A model generated the notes under the pieces. It made no database searches and was not told the origin of the DNA. It saw only the letters and a program-made list of their open reading frames with translations. A DNA stretch of 64,000 nucleotides from Anthoceros angustus (Eukaryota; Plantae; Anthocerotophyta): positions 186,001 to 250,000 of the forward strand of contig MU008215.1 of NCBI GenBank assembly GCA_010909165.1, given 5' to 3'. Both the position numbers and the translations under genes were made by a program. The number at the start of each line of letters is the position of its first letter. Position 1 is the first letter of the stretch. Shown piece after piece: positions 27,201-38,492 of the stretch.

Positions 27201-27745
27201 TCTCTGTAGACCCTTGTGTCCTTTGCTAACGCAAGTCCCGAGTCACCGAGCAAGACACCGGAGAGATTGATCAAGGTCCCGTGGATGACCCTAACGTGTG
27301 GTGGTGTGTGGGCGAGCGACGAGACCCTTGCTCTTCCGAGCGGTGGCCGACGTCGGACGGTGAGCTGAGACCAATGGAACTCCGGGAGGGTGTGTAGAGC
27401 CGGACGGAGAGGCTCGGTGGAACAACAAGTGAGGTCCGCACCAAACCCACCCACTCTTCCCCAACCGGTGATGAGCATAGTGAGGTGGTAAGGAAGGCGA
27501 ACTAGGCAACGAAGGGCGGGCTAGTAGGATGACGTAAACGAGTCCTTAAACGTTTGGCCACACCGGCCTGCTCGGTGGGCGCTTAAGAGTAGTTAATAGT
27601 AAAACCGCGAGCGCGTTGAGATCTCGGGTAAGCAGCCACGACGGCATGATCGGTTTGAGGGCAAAAGCAGAACCAATCATTCCCTTGGGAACGGACCTCT
27701 TACCACAGCGACACAGGGCTGCGGTACGTCAGTAGTCGCGTCACA
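24251..27745 (+). repeat. Probable solo LTR of a family related to the 9135-22147 Gypsy element (boundaries approximate)
   Basis: 24318-24700 is clearly similar to the first ~400 bp of the Gypsy LTR (ACTAACCCC..AAGTGTCG..GAACGATTTTTT..GGTCCTTGGCCCTTGG). TTCCCTTGGGA near 27680 matches the LTR 3' end, and the unit ends in ..TCACA. No pol follows. TSD is imperfect (gctag/catag). Confidence 0.5.
26560..26790. repeat. Degenerate GC-rich tandem repeat (GAGGTCCGGACTC-type units)
   Basis: Recurring gaggtccggactc / ggaccc..aggtcttgactc motifs. Confidence 0.6.
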
Positions 27746-29120
27746 CATAGCGGCTCAAGGGAAAGTCTGGAGTAATGTTGACAAGATCTTTTCAAGTGGG
27801 AGGCTTGTGGTGCCTAGGCAAAAAACATGTGGCGGTATGAGCAAGAAGAGCAAAGGGAAGCGCAAAGGCATCAAGACATGAAGCGAAGGAAGGAAGGGTA
27901 TTTGTGGTTCCAATCGGTCCCAATCAACAACCTTGCCTTTGCTTGTAAATTGTTTTCTAAGTGTCCCCAATCATGCATTTAAGAGCGATGAGAAGTTTGC
28001 CTCACTCCTTGAGCAATAGAAAGAGGAGGGATCACATTTTTCCTTATGTCTGTTTGATCTTTGAGAAGAAGAATTTCTTCGGTCACCCTCAATAGCTCAA
28101 GCGCACCTTAGCCCATTTAAACCGCCCTAGGGCCGTTTCTCCTCAAAGCGTCTACCAAGTCTAGCTTCCCAGGGATGCATCAACCTCTTGAAAAGGTTCA
28201 ATTTCGGGGCCTTGGAAAGCGGCCAAGCCTAGGTCTCAAGTCCTTTTGAACTTTGCATTTCTCTTGCATAACTCCACTCCCAACTTACGCAGAAGATAGT
28301 GGAATTGTAGAGGCCTTGACAAATTGCTCAAGATCCTATAAATCCGGTGAGACGATGCTTGTTGTATGCAACTTATGTTACATATATTGCCGTTATGCCA
28401 TGAATAAGTTTAAGCTAGTTAGGGTTCTTGCGTTACATATGTTAGGGTTACTTGTTTGAAGAGAACAAAGTGAACACAATTTTGTATTATTTATTATTCT
28501 AAGTTTCTTTGAGCACTTGGAAGGGGTTAGAAGACATCATGTTGCCAACCGAATGGCTCATTTATTAATTTTAAAATTATTTTTATTATATAATTCCTTC
28601 AAGAATGGATGGTGTTCTCCAAAGATTTGAGCTCTTACAAATCTCCATACCATGAGTTCGTCATGAAACCGATTCCACTATGTGATTTTGGGTTATTCTC
28701 AAATGTAATGGCATCCGTTTCTTGAAGGGTTGGTGTGTTTTCAAAAGATTCTTTCATATTTTGATAGGATATAATTTTTAATATTATTTAATTTTATTAA
28801 ATAAGATAAAGCGCTTGAATTCCGAAGGCAACCTTAACATGAATTCTTGCAAACCCATTTTTCTCAAGGAAGAAATAAAAGGAGGGACAATGTCTTGAAT
28901 CGAGATCCGGTATTGTTTAGAGGTTAAATATACTTAATAATAATATTATTAGGGTTTGGATACATTTATTAACATAAGATATTATATAGTTTAGAGGTTA
29001 AGAAAAATAGGATGATTTATTGAGGTGAAAGAACGATGAAAAGAGACCATCTAGGAGGGACAACAAATAGGAGGTTAAGAAAAGTATATACATTATTACT
29101 GTAAGATAGTATCCATTACG

Positions 29121-29408
29121 GTTCAGGGTTTAGAGTTAAGGGTTGAGGGTTTACAGGATACCGGAAAGAAACTTGGCAAAAAACCGTGCGACTAAAGCAA
29201 GGAGTAAAAGGGAGAATCTGAAAGAGAGATGGAAAACTGAAAACTCCTCGAGAGCAACAGCGGCGGCTGCTAAACATTGCCGGCCTGCTTCACCTGCCGA
29301 GTCTCCAGGCGGATGCTGCGCCCGGAGCCTGTCAGTCTGACTCTAAGCCTCCAGCCCTAGAGTGTTAACCCTAAACTCTAGATCTAAACCCTTCAACCCG
29401 AAACCCTT
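29121..29408. promoter_or_regulatory. Two degenerate telomere-type/telo-box tracts in opposite orientation upstream of PPR gene 1
   Basis: TTCAGGGTTTAGAGTTAAGGGTTGAGGGTTTA (29122-29153) and TAACCCTAAACTCTAGATCTAAACCCTTCAACCCGAAACCCT (29366-29408). Confidence 0.35.
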
Positions 29409-29854
29409 TCACCCCACCTTCTCTCGCTCACCGTCTCTCCCTCTTACGGAGAGTCCTCTCACGTTCGCAGAACGGCCCCAATGCCAATGCAGGCTTCCAC
29501 GTGTCACAGTAAACAGCCAATTCCATGGCTACTCCCAAGTCCATTCCCATTCTTAGCGCCCGTTGATGAGTGCTTTCCAAATAGTATTAAATCCGGTTCC
29601 GGTCGACGTTGTGATGCAAATGAGAATGGATCGCATGAATCGTCTGAAGTTGCAGACAGTTTGTACCTACTACACCGTGAAAGGAAGCGTGAATTTGCAT
29701 CCTTCGAAACCATGACGTGCGTTCCTTTGTAGGTAACCAATGCAGAACAGGCTGCTCATCCCTTCAGGGTGGTCTGGTCATACACAGCACCCGGGGATCC
29801 TGCCATAGCCTTTGTTAAAGTCATCTTCCGACGAGGGTCGACGGTCCTTGAACG

Positions 29855-32240
29855 ATGGCCGCAGTAAGGCAACCGGACCCGTTGTGGACCCAACAAATTG
29901 GAGCGTGTTCAGGGATCCTAGTAGGAACTCGGGCTCACCTCACCTCAGGGAGTTTACCCCTGGCAAACGACCAAGCCTCCAGGTGCGGCAGCGTAAGGAG
30001 CCCAGCACTTCCACTTGCGAAAAAATGTGTGGGTGGGGACGGGATTTTGAACGATGCGCGTCGCCAGGAGCAGGAGCACTTGTGGCAACAATTCTTTCTG
30101 GACCCTACCCTGTGGTGGGACAACAGACGAGATAAGAAGAGCTCCCGTTCGCCTGACTTCCGGCGAAAGGTGTCCGGCGAGGTGCTGTGGTTAAACAGCA
30201 TGCACAAGCCAGCTTGGGTTGATGAGAAGCTCGTTTCATTCGACATTCAGATGGGTCATGGTGTCTCTCCTTCCAAGTCGAGCTCTCCATCTAATCCTGA
30301 ACCTGGCACGCGTCCAGGATCGGAAATGGCCGTCGTTACGGCTGTAACCGTGATCGCTTTATGTAAGCAGGGGAAACTTTCTGAGGCCGTTGGAGCCCTG
30401 GAATCTCTGGCGCAGACAGACTCTGCTATTTCTCTGTCTCTGGTTTGCACTGTGCTCAAACTGTGTACAGCTAAGAAGGATTTGGTTGTGGGGCGACGAG
30501 TTCATGATCTCACTGTCAAACTTGGTTACGAGTCGATTGCATACGTGGGGAACCATATCTTGCGCATGTATGCATGTGGAGGCAGGCTAGAGGAGGCCAT
30601 GGATGTGTTCACCAGGGTAGGCAAACCAGATGTTTTCACGTGGTCTTCCATCATCTCTGCCCATGCTAAACATGGGAAACCTACTGAGGCAGTACAACTG
30701 TACCATGCAATGCGTAGGTCAGGAGTGAAGGCGGATGCTCACGTCTTTGTAGCTGCCCTTCAAGCTTGTGCATTTGCCGCCGACTTGGAATCTGGCAGAA
30801 AAGTGCACTGTGATGTGATGCAGAGTGACATCTCTACGAACTTGTTTGTTGGTAGCTGCCTGGTGGACATGTATGCAAAATGTGACAAAATGAAAGATGC
30901 ACGCCAGGTTTTTGATGGTATGAACACAAAAAATGTGGTGACATGGAATGCCCTGATAGCTGGGTATGCAAAATGTGGTGAACTGAAAGATGCACGCCAG
31001 GTTTTTGACAGCGTGAAGACAAAGAATGTGGTGACATGGAATGCCCTGATAGCTGGGTATGCCCAGCAAGGGCTGGGACATGAGGCGCTTGTTCTGTATG
31101 GACAAATGGAGCAGGAGGGCCTCATTTTGGCGGACCATTTTACTTTTGGTTGCCTTCTGAAGGCCTGTGCAAGCACTGGCGCCTTACAGAAGGGCAGGCA
31201 GCTGCACTCACAGATTGTCGAAAGAGGACTGCTGGATGACGTAGTGGTGGGCACCTGCCTTGTGGACATGTATGCAAAATGTGGTGAACTGGAAGATGCA
31301 CGCCAGGTTTTTGACAGCATGAACACAAAGAATGTGGTGACATGGACCGCCTGATTGCTGGGTATGGTACTTGTGATGAAGCTCACAAGGCACTAGCTTG
31401 TTTTGACGAGATGTTAGTTGCCGGCGTTCAGCCTAATGAGGCTACTTTTTCTTGCCTTCTAGTAGCATGCAGCCATGAGGGACTGGTGGATGAGGGGCGC
31501 AAGCACTTTGATTCCATGGTTGAAGAGCATGGCATCAAACCTACTATTGAGCATTACACCTGCATGATTGATCTTCTTGGGCGTGCTGGCCGTTTAGATG
31601 AGGCTGAGACGATGCTGTTATCGTTTTTGGGCGAAAGTGATGTTGTGGGCTTGACGTCTTTGTTGAGTGCTTGCAAAAGCCACGGGGATATTGAGAGGGC
31701 GTTGTGGTGTTTTGAAAGCATTGTTAGGCTGGACCCCCAGAGGGCGCCAGCCTATGTGCTCATGGCCAGTGCCTATGCAGATGCAGGTAGGTGGAGCGAT
31801 GTAGACAGGATTGAAACACAGAGAATGGTAGCAGGAGCTAACAAGAAACCTGCAGTGGCGACCATTGAGGTGAATAAGGTACATAGGTTCTGGTGGGAGA
31901 AAGGAGAGGATATTGCACTAAAGGTGGAGAGCACGAATGCACGTGTGAAGCAGGAAGGAGGCCATATACCTCACACAAAGTTGGTGTTGAAGCCACTGTC
32001 TGAGAAGGAAAAGGAAGATGCGCTTTGTGGGCATGCTGAGAAGCTAGCTCTGGCGTTTGGTCTCTTGAACACCTGAGTGGGACACCTCTGGTGGTAACGA
32101 AGAATCTACGCATGTGCAGTGACTGCCACAGTTCCACAGAGATCATGTCAAGGCTGGAACAGAGAGACATTGTTGTAAGGGATGGATACCGGGTGCATCG
32201 ATTCGCAGCCGGGTGTTGCAGTTGCAAAGGTCGACCGTGA
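29855..32240 (+). CDS. PPR gene 1: OSB-type PDF motif + PLS-class PPR array (~12 motifs) + E1/E2 + DYW:KP (GRP-type); candidate U-to-C organellar RNA editing factor
   Basis: ORFs 29855-31354 and 31342-32076 are joined by a 1-nt indel; further indels near 31885 and 32075; ends CSCKGRP*. Contains KKPAVATIEV, CGHAEKLALAFGLL and NLRMCSDCH. The true start may lie in an upstream exon. Confidence 0.9.
30065..30245 (+). other. PDF motif (as in the OSB1/OSB2-PTAC9 C-terminus) in gene 1
   Basis: EQEHLWQQFFLDPTLWWDNRRDKKSSRSPDFRRKVSGEVLWLNSMHKPAWVDEKL fits the recalled consensus LWQ.FF..P..WWDNR..K....PDF+.K..GE.LW....P.WV...L. Confidence 0.8.
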
Positions 32241-33899
32241 GAGCAAAGATAAACCAGCTAGTGCTCAAGTGTGTACCCCCTAAAATGTTGGTGTTTTTTC
32301 CCCTTGTGGTTGACTGTGCTGTTCTCCATCCTCTCCAAACTGAGACATGGACATGGATGCCGAGTACTGATCCACCTCCTAGCATGACTCAGATAATCGG
32401 CATCGAAAGAAATGTGTGTCTGGAATGAAGAAATTCCAGACTAATTTAATTATGGTGCGAGTAATGGCACTGGTGAAATAAGGTAGAAAGATGAAAAGTT
32501 GAAAAGGTAAAAAGCTAAGTTAGTAGCTACCCTGTTAAGATGATGCATGTGTTGCATGCTTCGTGCAATCTCTTGTTAGAAAGGAATTGCTCCAGCCACA
32601 AATGAAGAGCTGCCTAGAGAGGACTCTTAGTGATCAGTGGTCTGTAAGAATCCCTAGATTTAACAGCTGCCTAGTTAAGGTCAGGCTGCGGGATATATAA
32701 GGGCTAGAGCAAGGGCTTTGAGAAACAAGTTACAAGTAGGACTCACTCTTTGAGAGAGGGTGCAAGAAGCGCCTGCAAGCCTTGTGTTGAGAGAGCTGTG
32801 GAGAGCTAGTGAGCTTGTCATGGAATGCGCGAGTCCATGAGATAGCCGATTCCATCGTTGTATTCTTGCACAAAGAGTAGCACCTCGAGGAGGTGGCTGA
32901 GTCGTGGACGGGCGGGCTACTTGGAGCCTAGTGATGTGTTGTGAGGTTGAGTGCCGAGAATCGCAAGTCTCTTGTGGAGTGAATTGGCGAGGTCCTAGAC
33001 CGGAAACCACTTTGTCGCTTCCTTCCGGGCCGCATGAGAGGGTGTTACGTATGGGATATATAACCTCAAACACATCGGTCATTACCACACAAACCATATC
33101 AATTTCCTTCCTTGAAAGAGTGACATCTAGACATATCAGTACTTGGATGGGGTGTTATTGATCCCGAGCTATAAATTATAAATCATGCCCTTGTCTTCGT
33201 GGCGCTCTTGGTATGCCTATGGAATACCGATCTGGTCTCGCGGCATCCACATTTTTTTAGGGTTGTGAATAGAAGAATAGTCCCCGCACCTGGAACTATT
33301 TTGATGTCACGCATGACCACATCGGCTGCGCCCCTCGTGTCCCTTGTCAACCTACCCCATGATGCACGAAAAGATTCCACGATACACAAAAAACTTTTCT
33401 TCTCTCGGGTTTAGGGTTGCGTTAGGTCATTTATTGTCGGCCATTGCAACGCAATATGCCATCTCCGCACGAGCATCCACAATTTGTTAGGGTTGTTAGC
33501 GGTTGCGAGCACTACCGTGATACACCGCGCTTTGCGCCCATCATGACAGTAAAAGCGCTGCCTTTACGATCAGTTTAATGTTTATGATGCAACGCTTGGT
33601 CTTTGCAGTGGTTACATAGCACAACTATCCCAAAACAAGCTTATGCCAAGGACCAACAGAGAAGGGCTTCCAAAACAACAGATACATACAAGGCTTGCAC
33701 CCAAAAGCCTGCGTACAAGCGCATGCCCAAAGGGCCTCATCGACTATAACGCAGGTGATCCCAATCCACGCCCAAGAATGGCTTCACCGTCCCACCGGAG
33801 GTACGGGCAAAGGCCTCCCTGCTCCTCGCACTTACAATGTCACACAAGACATATCGGGAGGAAGTCCATGCCCTCCAAGCCCTTCGCATATGCATTGTC

Positions 33900-35690
33900 C
33901 CTCGCAACATGCGCCTCACCGCATGCCAGCGGCGTGCACACGTTTGAGTATCGAGCAACTGCAATGCTCAAGGGATGGAACCTTACATGACGGAAAACAG
34001 CTGCAACCTACACACAAAAGACAAGTGTGCCGCATGAGGACTCCCGACAATTACCAATCACGCCTAGCGGTGGCATCTCGGGGCCACGTATATTGAGGAC
34101 CACAGACATCGAACTCCTCGCCATCGCCCTCGGCAATCCCATATGTGGGTGGTCGCACTATGAGCCGAGCTTCTTGAACCTACATGGGGCACATGGGATG
34201 TCCCGGTCCGTGGCCCTTATCCTGCGCACCCTGTGCCTGTTCCACACCTGCCTCCAACGTTCGAGCTCCGCCCTCATGGTGGGCATGAAGGTGACATGCA
34301 GGGAATGGATGTGCTAGGGGTTGGCGATGTCCAATTCGCTACTCCTCACCAAATCCATCATGTACCCCTTGTACAGGAACACCCACTTCTCCCCTAATGA
34401 CCGCCAAAAATGCTCAATCCTCGCAGAAAGGCCGTAGTTACTACCCTGCACCATTCCTCCTCGCTGACAAAGGCATGGCATGCAACCACAGTCTGACATG
34501 GTTGTGCACGGAGGGGCCGCGGATGAAGTTACTGCCATGTGCCCTTGGCCTCGCACGGTTCATGTCCGCCTCTATCAGGTTGTGCTCTGCTGCATCCGAC
34601 CGAATCCGCTGGGGATGGCCAAACCTCCTCACTGCATCCACATTGGCGTTGAAAATGGTTGTCCCCTACTTGTTATCTTCCAACACCAACCATGGGACGT
34701 ATTAATAGGGTGGCCCCATCTATTGCCCCATGGACTCTGAAGTAAAATTGGTACAGCTTGTCATAGGCTGCACACAATCTAACCACATCCATTTCGGTGA
34801 CAACTGGAGCAATCGCTCCCATTCCACGCGGCATGCACACACCGCGGGTAAAGCCGGAACCACTCACAATCCATGTGCCATATGAACATGGGCGTGCGAG
34901 GTATGCGCCATGCGACACTGCGGTCTCCTCCCATCAAGAACGCATTACGTGTCTCCTTGAAGTATTCATCAATTTGTAGCGCCGCGCTGCGATTCTGCTG
35001 ATGCTGGGCCGTGATGGGCGTGAGCGTTTGGCGGAGGATTACCACGGATAGCCTCCATACACAGCGCCATTCAAAAGGCTGGTGAGCCTTGCCACTCCTC
35101 GAGGCCCGCCGCATTTCTGGCCGCCTGACAGGCCGCAGCCACCAGACATCGGTGATGAGCGTGTTTGAAGCCAGCACGAGTGTCCTTCTCCCGCCATCTG
35201 CTTTGTAGCGCCTCTTTATGCGGTGCATCCATTGCTCGCAGCCCTTCATCCCGGTTGTTCTGCATGGGCGGTTCAAGCACCTTTGCCATTCTGAGCCATG
35301 AGCCGACTTATGCCTGCAGATGGGCACAGTGGCTTGCACACTCGCACACATGGCGGGAAGGCGCCTTGGGCGGTGCGCGGTTTAGGTTTAGGTTTAGGCA
35401 TCGTGCAATGCTTTCAATGCACGCAGAGCCTGTGTAATTCCTGGAGCGATACGCCTTGCACGAGCAGGCCGCACTGTGGCTGGACATGAGACACACTGCG
35501 TGGACAAGAAATTGGCCCTGCGGCTACCTAAATAATGCGTGCACCTCTTCCACAGCCAGGTGTTCAAAATCCTGAGTACTTCCTGGCGCACTTGTGTGCA
35601 CTTCATGCTGTGTGAGCAAGATAGCCCGCTCACAGCAAGATGCCTATGCTTTCCTCGTGGCGGTGCAGCCTTGAAGGCTGCACGCGCCGG
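33900..35690 (-). mobile_element. IS3EU-like (rve integrase-core) DNA transposase, degenerate, with an intron at 34768-34867
   Basis: Spliced WHMD-SYDKLYQFYFRVHGAIDG; AVRRFGHPQRIRSD; GSNFIRGPSVHN..RLW; LHVTFMPTMRAELERWRQVWNRHRVR. Intron is GTGAGT...TGCAG. Confidence 0.65.
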
Positions 35691-35738
35691 TACGGTGGTT
35701 ATCACGATCCCGGGCAGTGACGCACACCACCATGCTGT

Positions 35739-36001
35739 GTTATCCCACCACATGGTAGGGTCCAGAAAGAATTGTTGCCACAAGTGCTCGTGCTCCTGGC
35801 AACGACCATCGCTGGAAAATCCGTCCCGACCCACCCATTTGCTCGGAGGTGGAAGTGCTGAGTTCCTTAATCTGCTGCATCTGGAGGCTTGGTTGTCTAG
35901 GTCCCTAGAGTGATGGGGCGAGCTGGAGCCCCTCGTAGAATCCCTGTACCCTCACCCGTTTGCTGGGTCCACATTGCATCCGGTTGCCATACTGTGGCCA
36001 T
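35739..36001 (-). pseudogene. 5' fragment of a PDF-PPR gene, truncated inside the PDF motif
   Basis: MATVWQPDAMWTQ...QEHEHLWQQFFLDPTMWWDN, then unrelated sequence. Confidence 0.75.
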
Positions 36002-37402
36002 GTCACAGAAACTTCTTGCGCCCTGGAAGAAGTCGCCGCAATCGTCTCGCCGCTTTATCATCAGCCAGACGGCATAAGCTCGTCATCCCCAACTTCCAGT
36101 CCAGATATATGTATTGCGACTCAGCCATTCTACATAGTGTGTCTTATTCCTGAAGTAACGCTCAAGATCAGCAGCAGGAGCAGGGGGGCGGGCGAGTGCT
36201 CGCTGACACGGATGAGGAAACGTTATTGCGTTTTCCATCTTCCGCACTGTACAATCTAGTGTGTAGCTGTATCGGCAGGGTAACACACCACCCTGAACGA
36301 GAGTGCAGACAGTTTTATATTGGGTACCACATGGAAAAGATCAAAACCAAAGAATCCGGACATTAGAGTCTAACATGGTTGCGGAACACATGGCCTACAC
36401 ATTGACGGCAGATCTCTAGCTGGACCTTTGTCCACTACCATCGGTGAAAATTGCAGGGTTGCTTTACACTGATGCACCTGAGTGCTCAGTTGCAAGGTCG
36501 GATGAGCGGGAGCCCTCCAGAGTCTGAGGTTGCCACATCGGTTATGCTGTTACGCTACACCGCTCGCAGTGTATGTAACATCAGCCCTGCTTGTCAGGCC
36601 CTGATACTATAAGCCAAAGGTAGAACCTTGGGACACTTCCCCTGATGGGCGTGCGGCATGAGCGTGCAAACCAGGACAGCCTCATACACAGCGCCATTGA
36701 AATGCTGTGTGGAGCCTTGCACTGCCTCGCAGTAAGTGACTCTTGGGGGCCCCGATTGCAAGTGCATGCCACCAGACATGGGCATGAGCGCCTGATTTTG
36801 AAGCCTCTGCTACCACTGGGCTCCCTTCCTTGGCATCTGAGGCCTCCAAATTCTGCTATGTGCATCCATTGCTCTTGGTTCATGGTTGTTCAGGTGCAGC
36901 CTGGGGTCAAGCCACCCTTCTTCCGCTTGCCATGGGTGAGCCAGCCACGCCATGCCTCCTTCATGTGGCCGCATTGTGATGGGCAAGGTGGCTTGCACAC
37001 TGCACACCATGCGTGGAAGGCGCTCCTTGGCTGCCCGCTTTGTGGGTTTAGGGTTTACCATGTGCAACAATCAGGAGCAGTGTATTCAAATGGAGCGACA
37101 CGCCTTGCACGATATGATTGGGTGGGCTGGACATCGCGACACCTGTGGCGTGTTGGGTTCACAAGAAATTGAGTGGGCTATGTCAAGTGTTGCATTCCAC
37201 AGCCAGTGTTCAAAATCCTGAAGTACTTCCTGGGCGCACTTGAAATTGTGTGCAAAGGGGGCTTCACATGCTGTGTGAGCAAGATAGGGGCCTATGCTCC
37301 CACAGCAAGATAGGGGCCTATGCTTTGTGTGGGTGCAGCCTTGGATGGAAGGCTGCACGCCCACTGGATCATGATCCCGAGTGACGCACACCACCATGCT
37401 GT

Positions 37403-37675
37403 GTTATCCCACCACATGGTAGGGTCCAGAAAGAATTGTTGCCACAAGTGCTCGTGCTCCTGGCAACGACCATCGCTGGAAAATCCGTCCCGACCCACCC
37501 ATTTGCTCGGAGGTGGAAGTGCTGAGTTCCTTAATCTGCTGCATCTGGAGGCTTGGTTGTCTCCCAGCGGTTGCCTCCCTAGAGTGATGAGGCGAGCTGG
37601 AGCTCCTCGTAGAATCCCTGTACCCTCACCCGTTTGCTGGGTCCACATTGCATCCGGTTGCCATACTGTGGCCAT
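37403..37675 (-). pseudogene. Second copy of the truncated PDF-PPR 5' fragment
   Basis: ORF 37292-37675: MATVWQPDAMW...HLWQQFFLDPTMWWDN, with the same breakpoint as the first copy. Confidence 0.75.
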
Positions 37676-38492
37676 GTCACAGAAACTTCTTGCGCCCTGG
37701 AAGATCGCGCAGTCTCGCTGCTTTATCAGCCAGACGGCATAAGCTCGTCATCCCCAACTTCCAGTCCAGATATATGTATTGCGACTCAGCCATTCTACAT
37801 AGTGTGTCTTATTCCTGAAGTAACGCTCAAGATCAGCAGCAGGAGCAGGGGGGCGGGCGAGTGCTCGCTGACACGGATGAGGAAACGTTAGCTGCGTTTT
37901 CCATCTTCCGCACTGTACCTAGTCTAGTGTGTAGCTAGTATCGGCAGGGTAACCACACCACCCTGAACGAGAGTGCAGACAGTTTTATATTGGGTACCCA
38001 CATGTGGCAAAAGATCACCAAAACCAAAGAATCCGGACATTAGAGTCTAACATGGTTGCGGAACACATGGCCTACACATTGACGGCTAAGAGATCTCTAG
38101 CTGGACGTTTTTTCTTTGTCCACTACCATCGGTGCAAAAAACCTTGCCCACCCGGGTTGCTTTACACTGATGCACTCCGAGTGCTCAATAGTTTCCCGGC
38201 AAGGTCGGATGAGCGGGAGCTCCTCCCAGAGTCTGAGGTTGCCACACTGCGGCCATGCTTGTTACATACACCGCTCGCAGTGGTGTATGTAACATCAGCC
38301 CTGCTTGTCAGGCCCTGTATACTATAAGCCAAAGGTAGCAACCTTGGGACACTTGTCTGGCCCTGTATAATATGAGCCAAAGGTAGCAACCTTGGGACAC
38401 TCACGCGGATCAGCGCTGGCCATCCATGTGCATGTGTGTATCAACCAATGTTCTCCTCCGCCCAATCTTGGGCGCTGACTACATCACTATTT

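Larger units (their letters stand above)
35050..38340. repeat. Tandem segmental duplication (35050-36600 and 36640-38340)
   Basis: 35700-36600 and 37370-38340 are highly similar; 35050-35700 and 36640-37370 are recognisably homologous but more diverged. Confidence 0.75.

Noticed and set aside
29543-29648. Box C/D snoRNA (TGATGA ... CTGA)
   Set aside because: No terminal stem, no convincing C'/D' boxes and no recognisable rRNA antisense element; such short motifs arise by chance.
30065-30245. WW domain or DYW:WW-type feature suggested by the WW dipeptide
   Set aside because: The spacing does not match a WW domain and the motif is N-terminal; it fits the OSB PDF motif.
32640-33125. Solo LTR (TGTAAG...GTGACA with a TATA-like motif)
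   Set aside because: LTR-like in composition, but there is no TSD, second copy, PBS or PPT in the window.
34680-34740. PIF/Harbinger transposase suggested by GAIDG
   Set aside because: The context WHMD-YDKL..VHGAIDG...PQRIRSD...SVHN fits the rve/IS3EU-like family rather than DDE_Tnp_4.
35379-35398. Interstitial telomere (TTTAGG x3)
   Set aside because: Too short to distinguish from a microsatellite.
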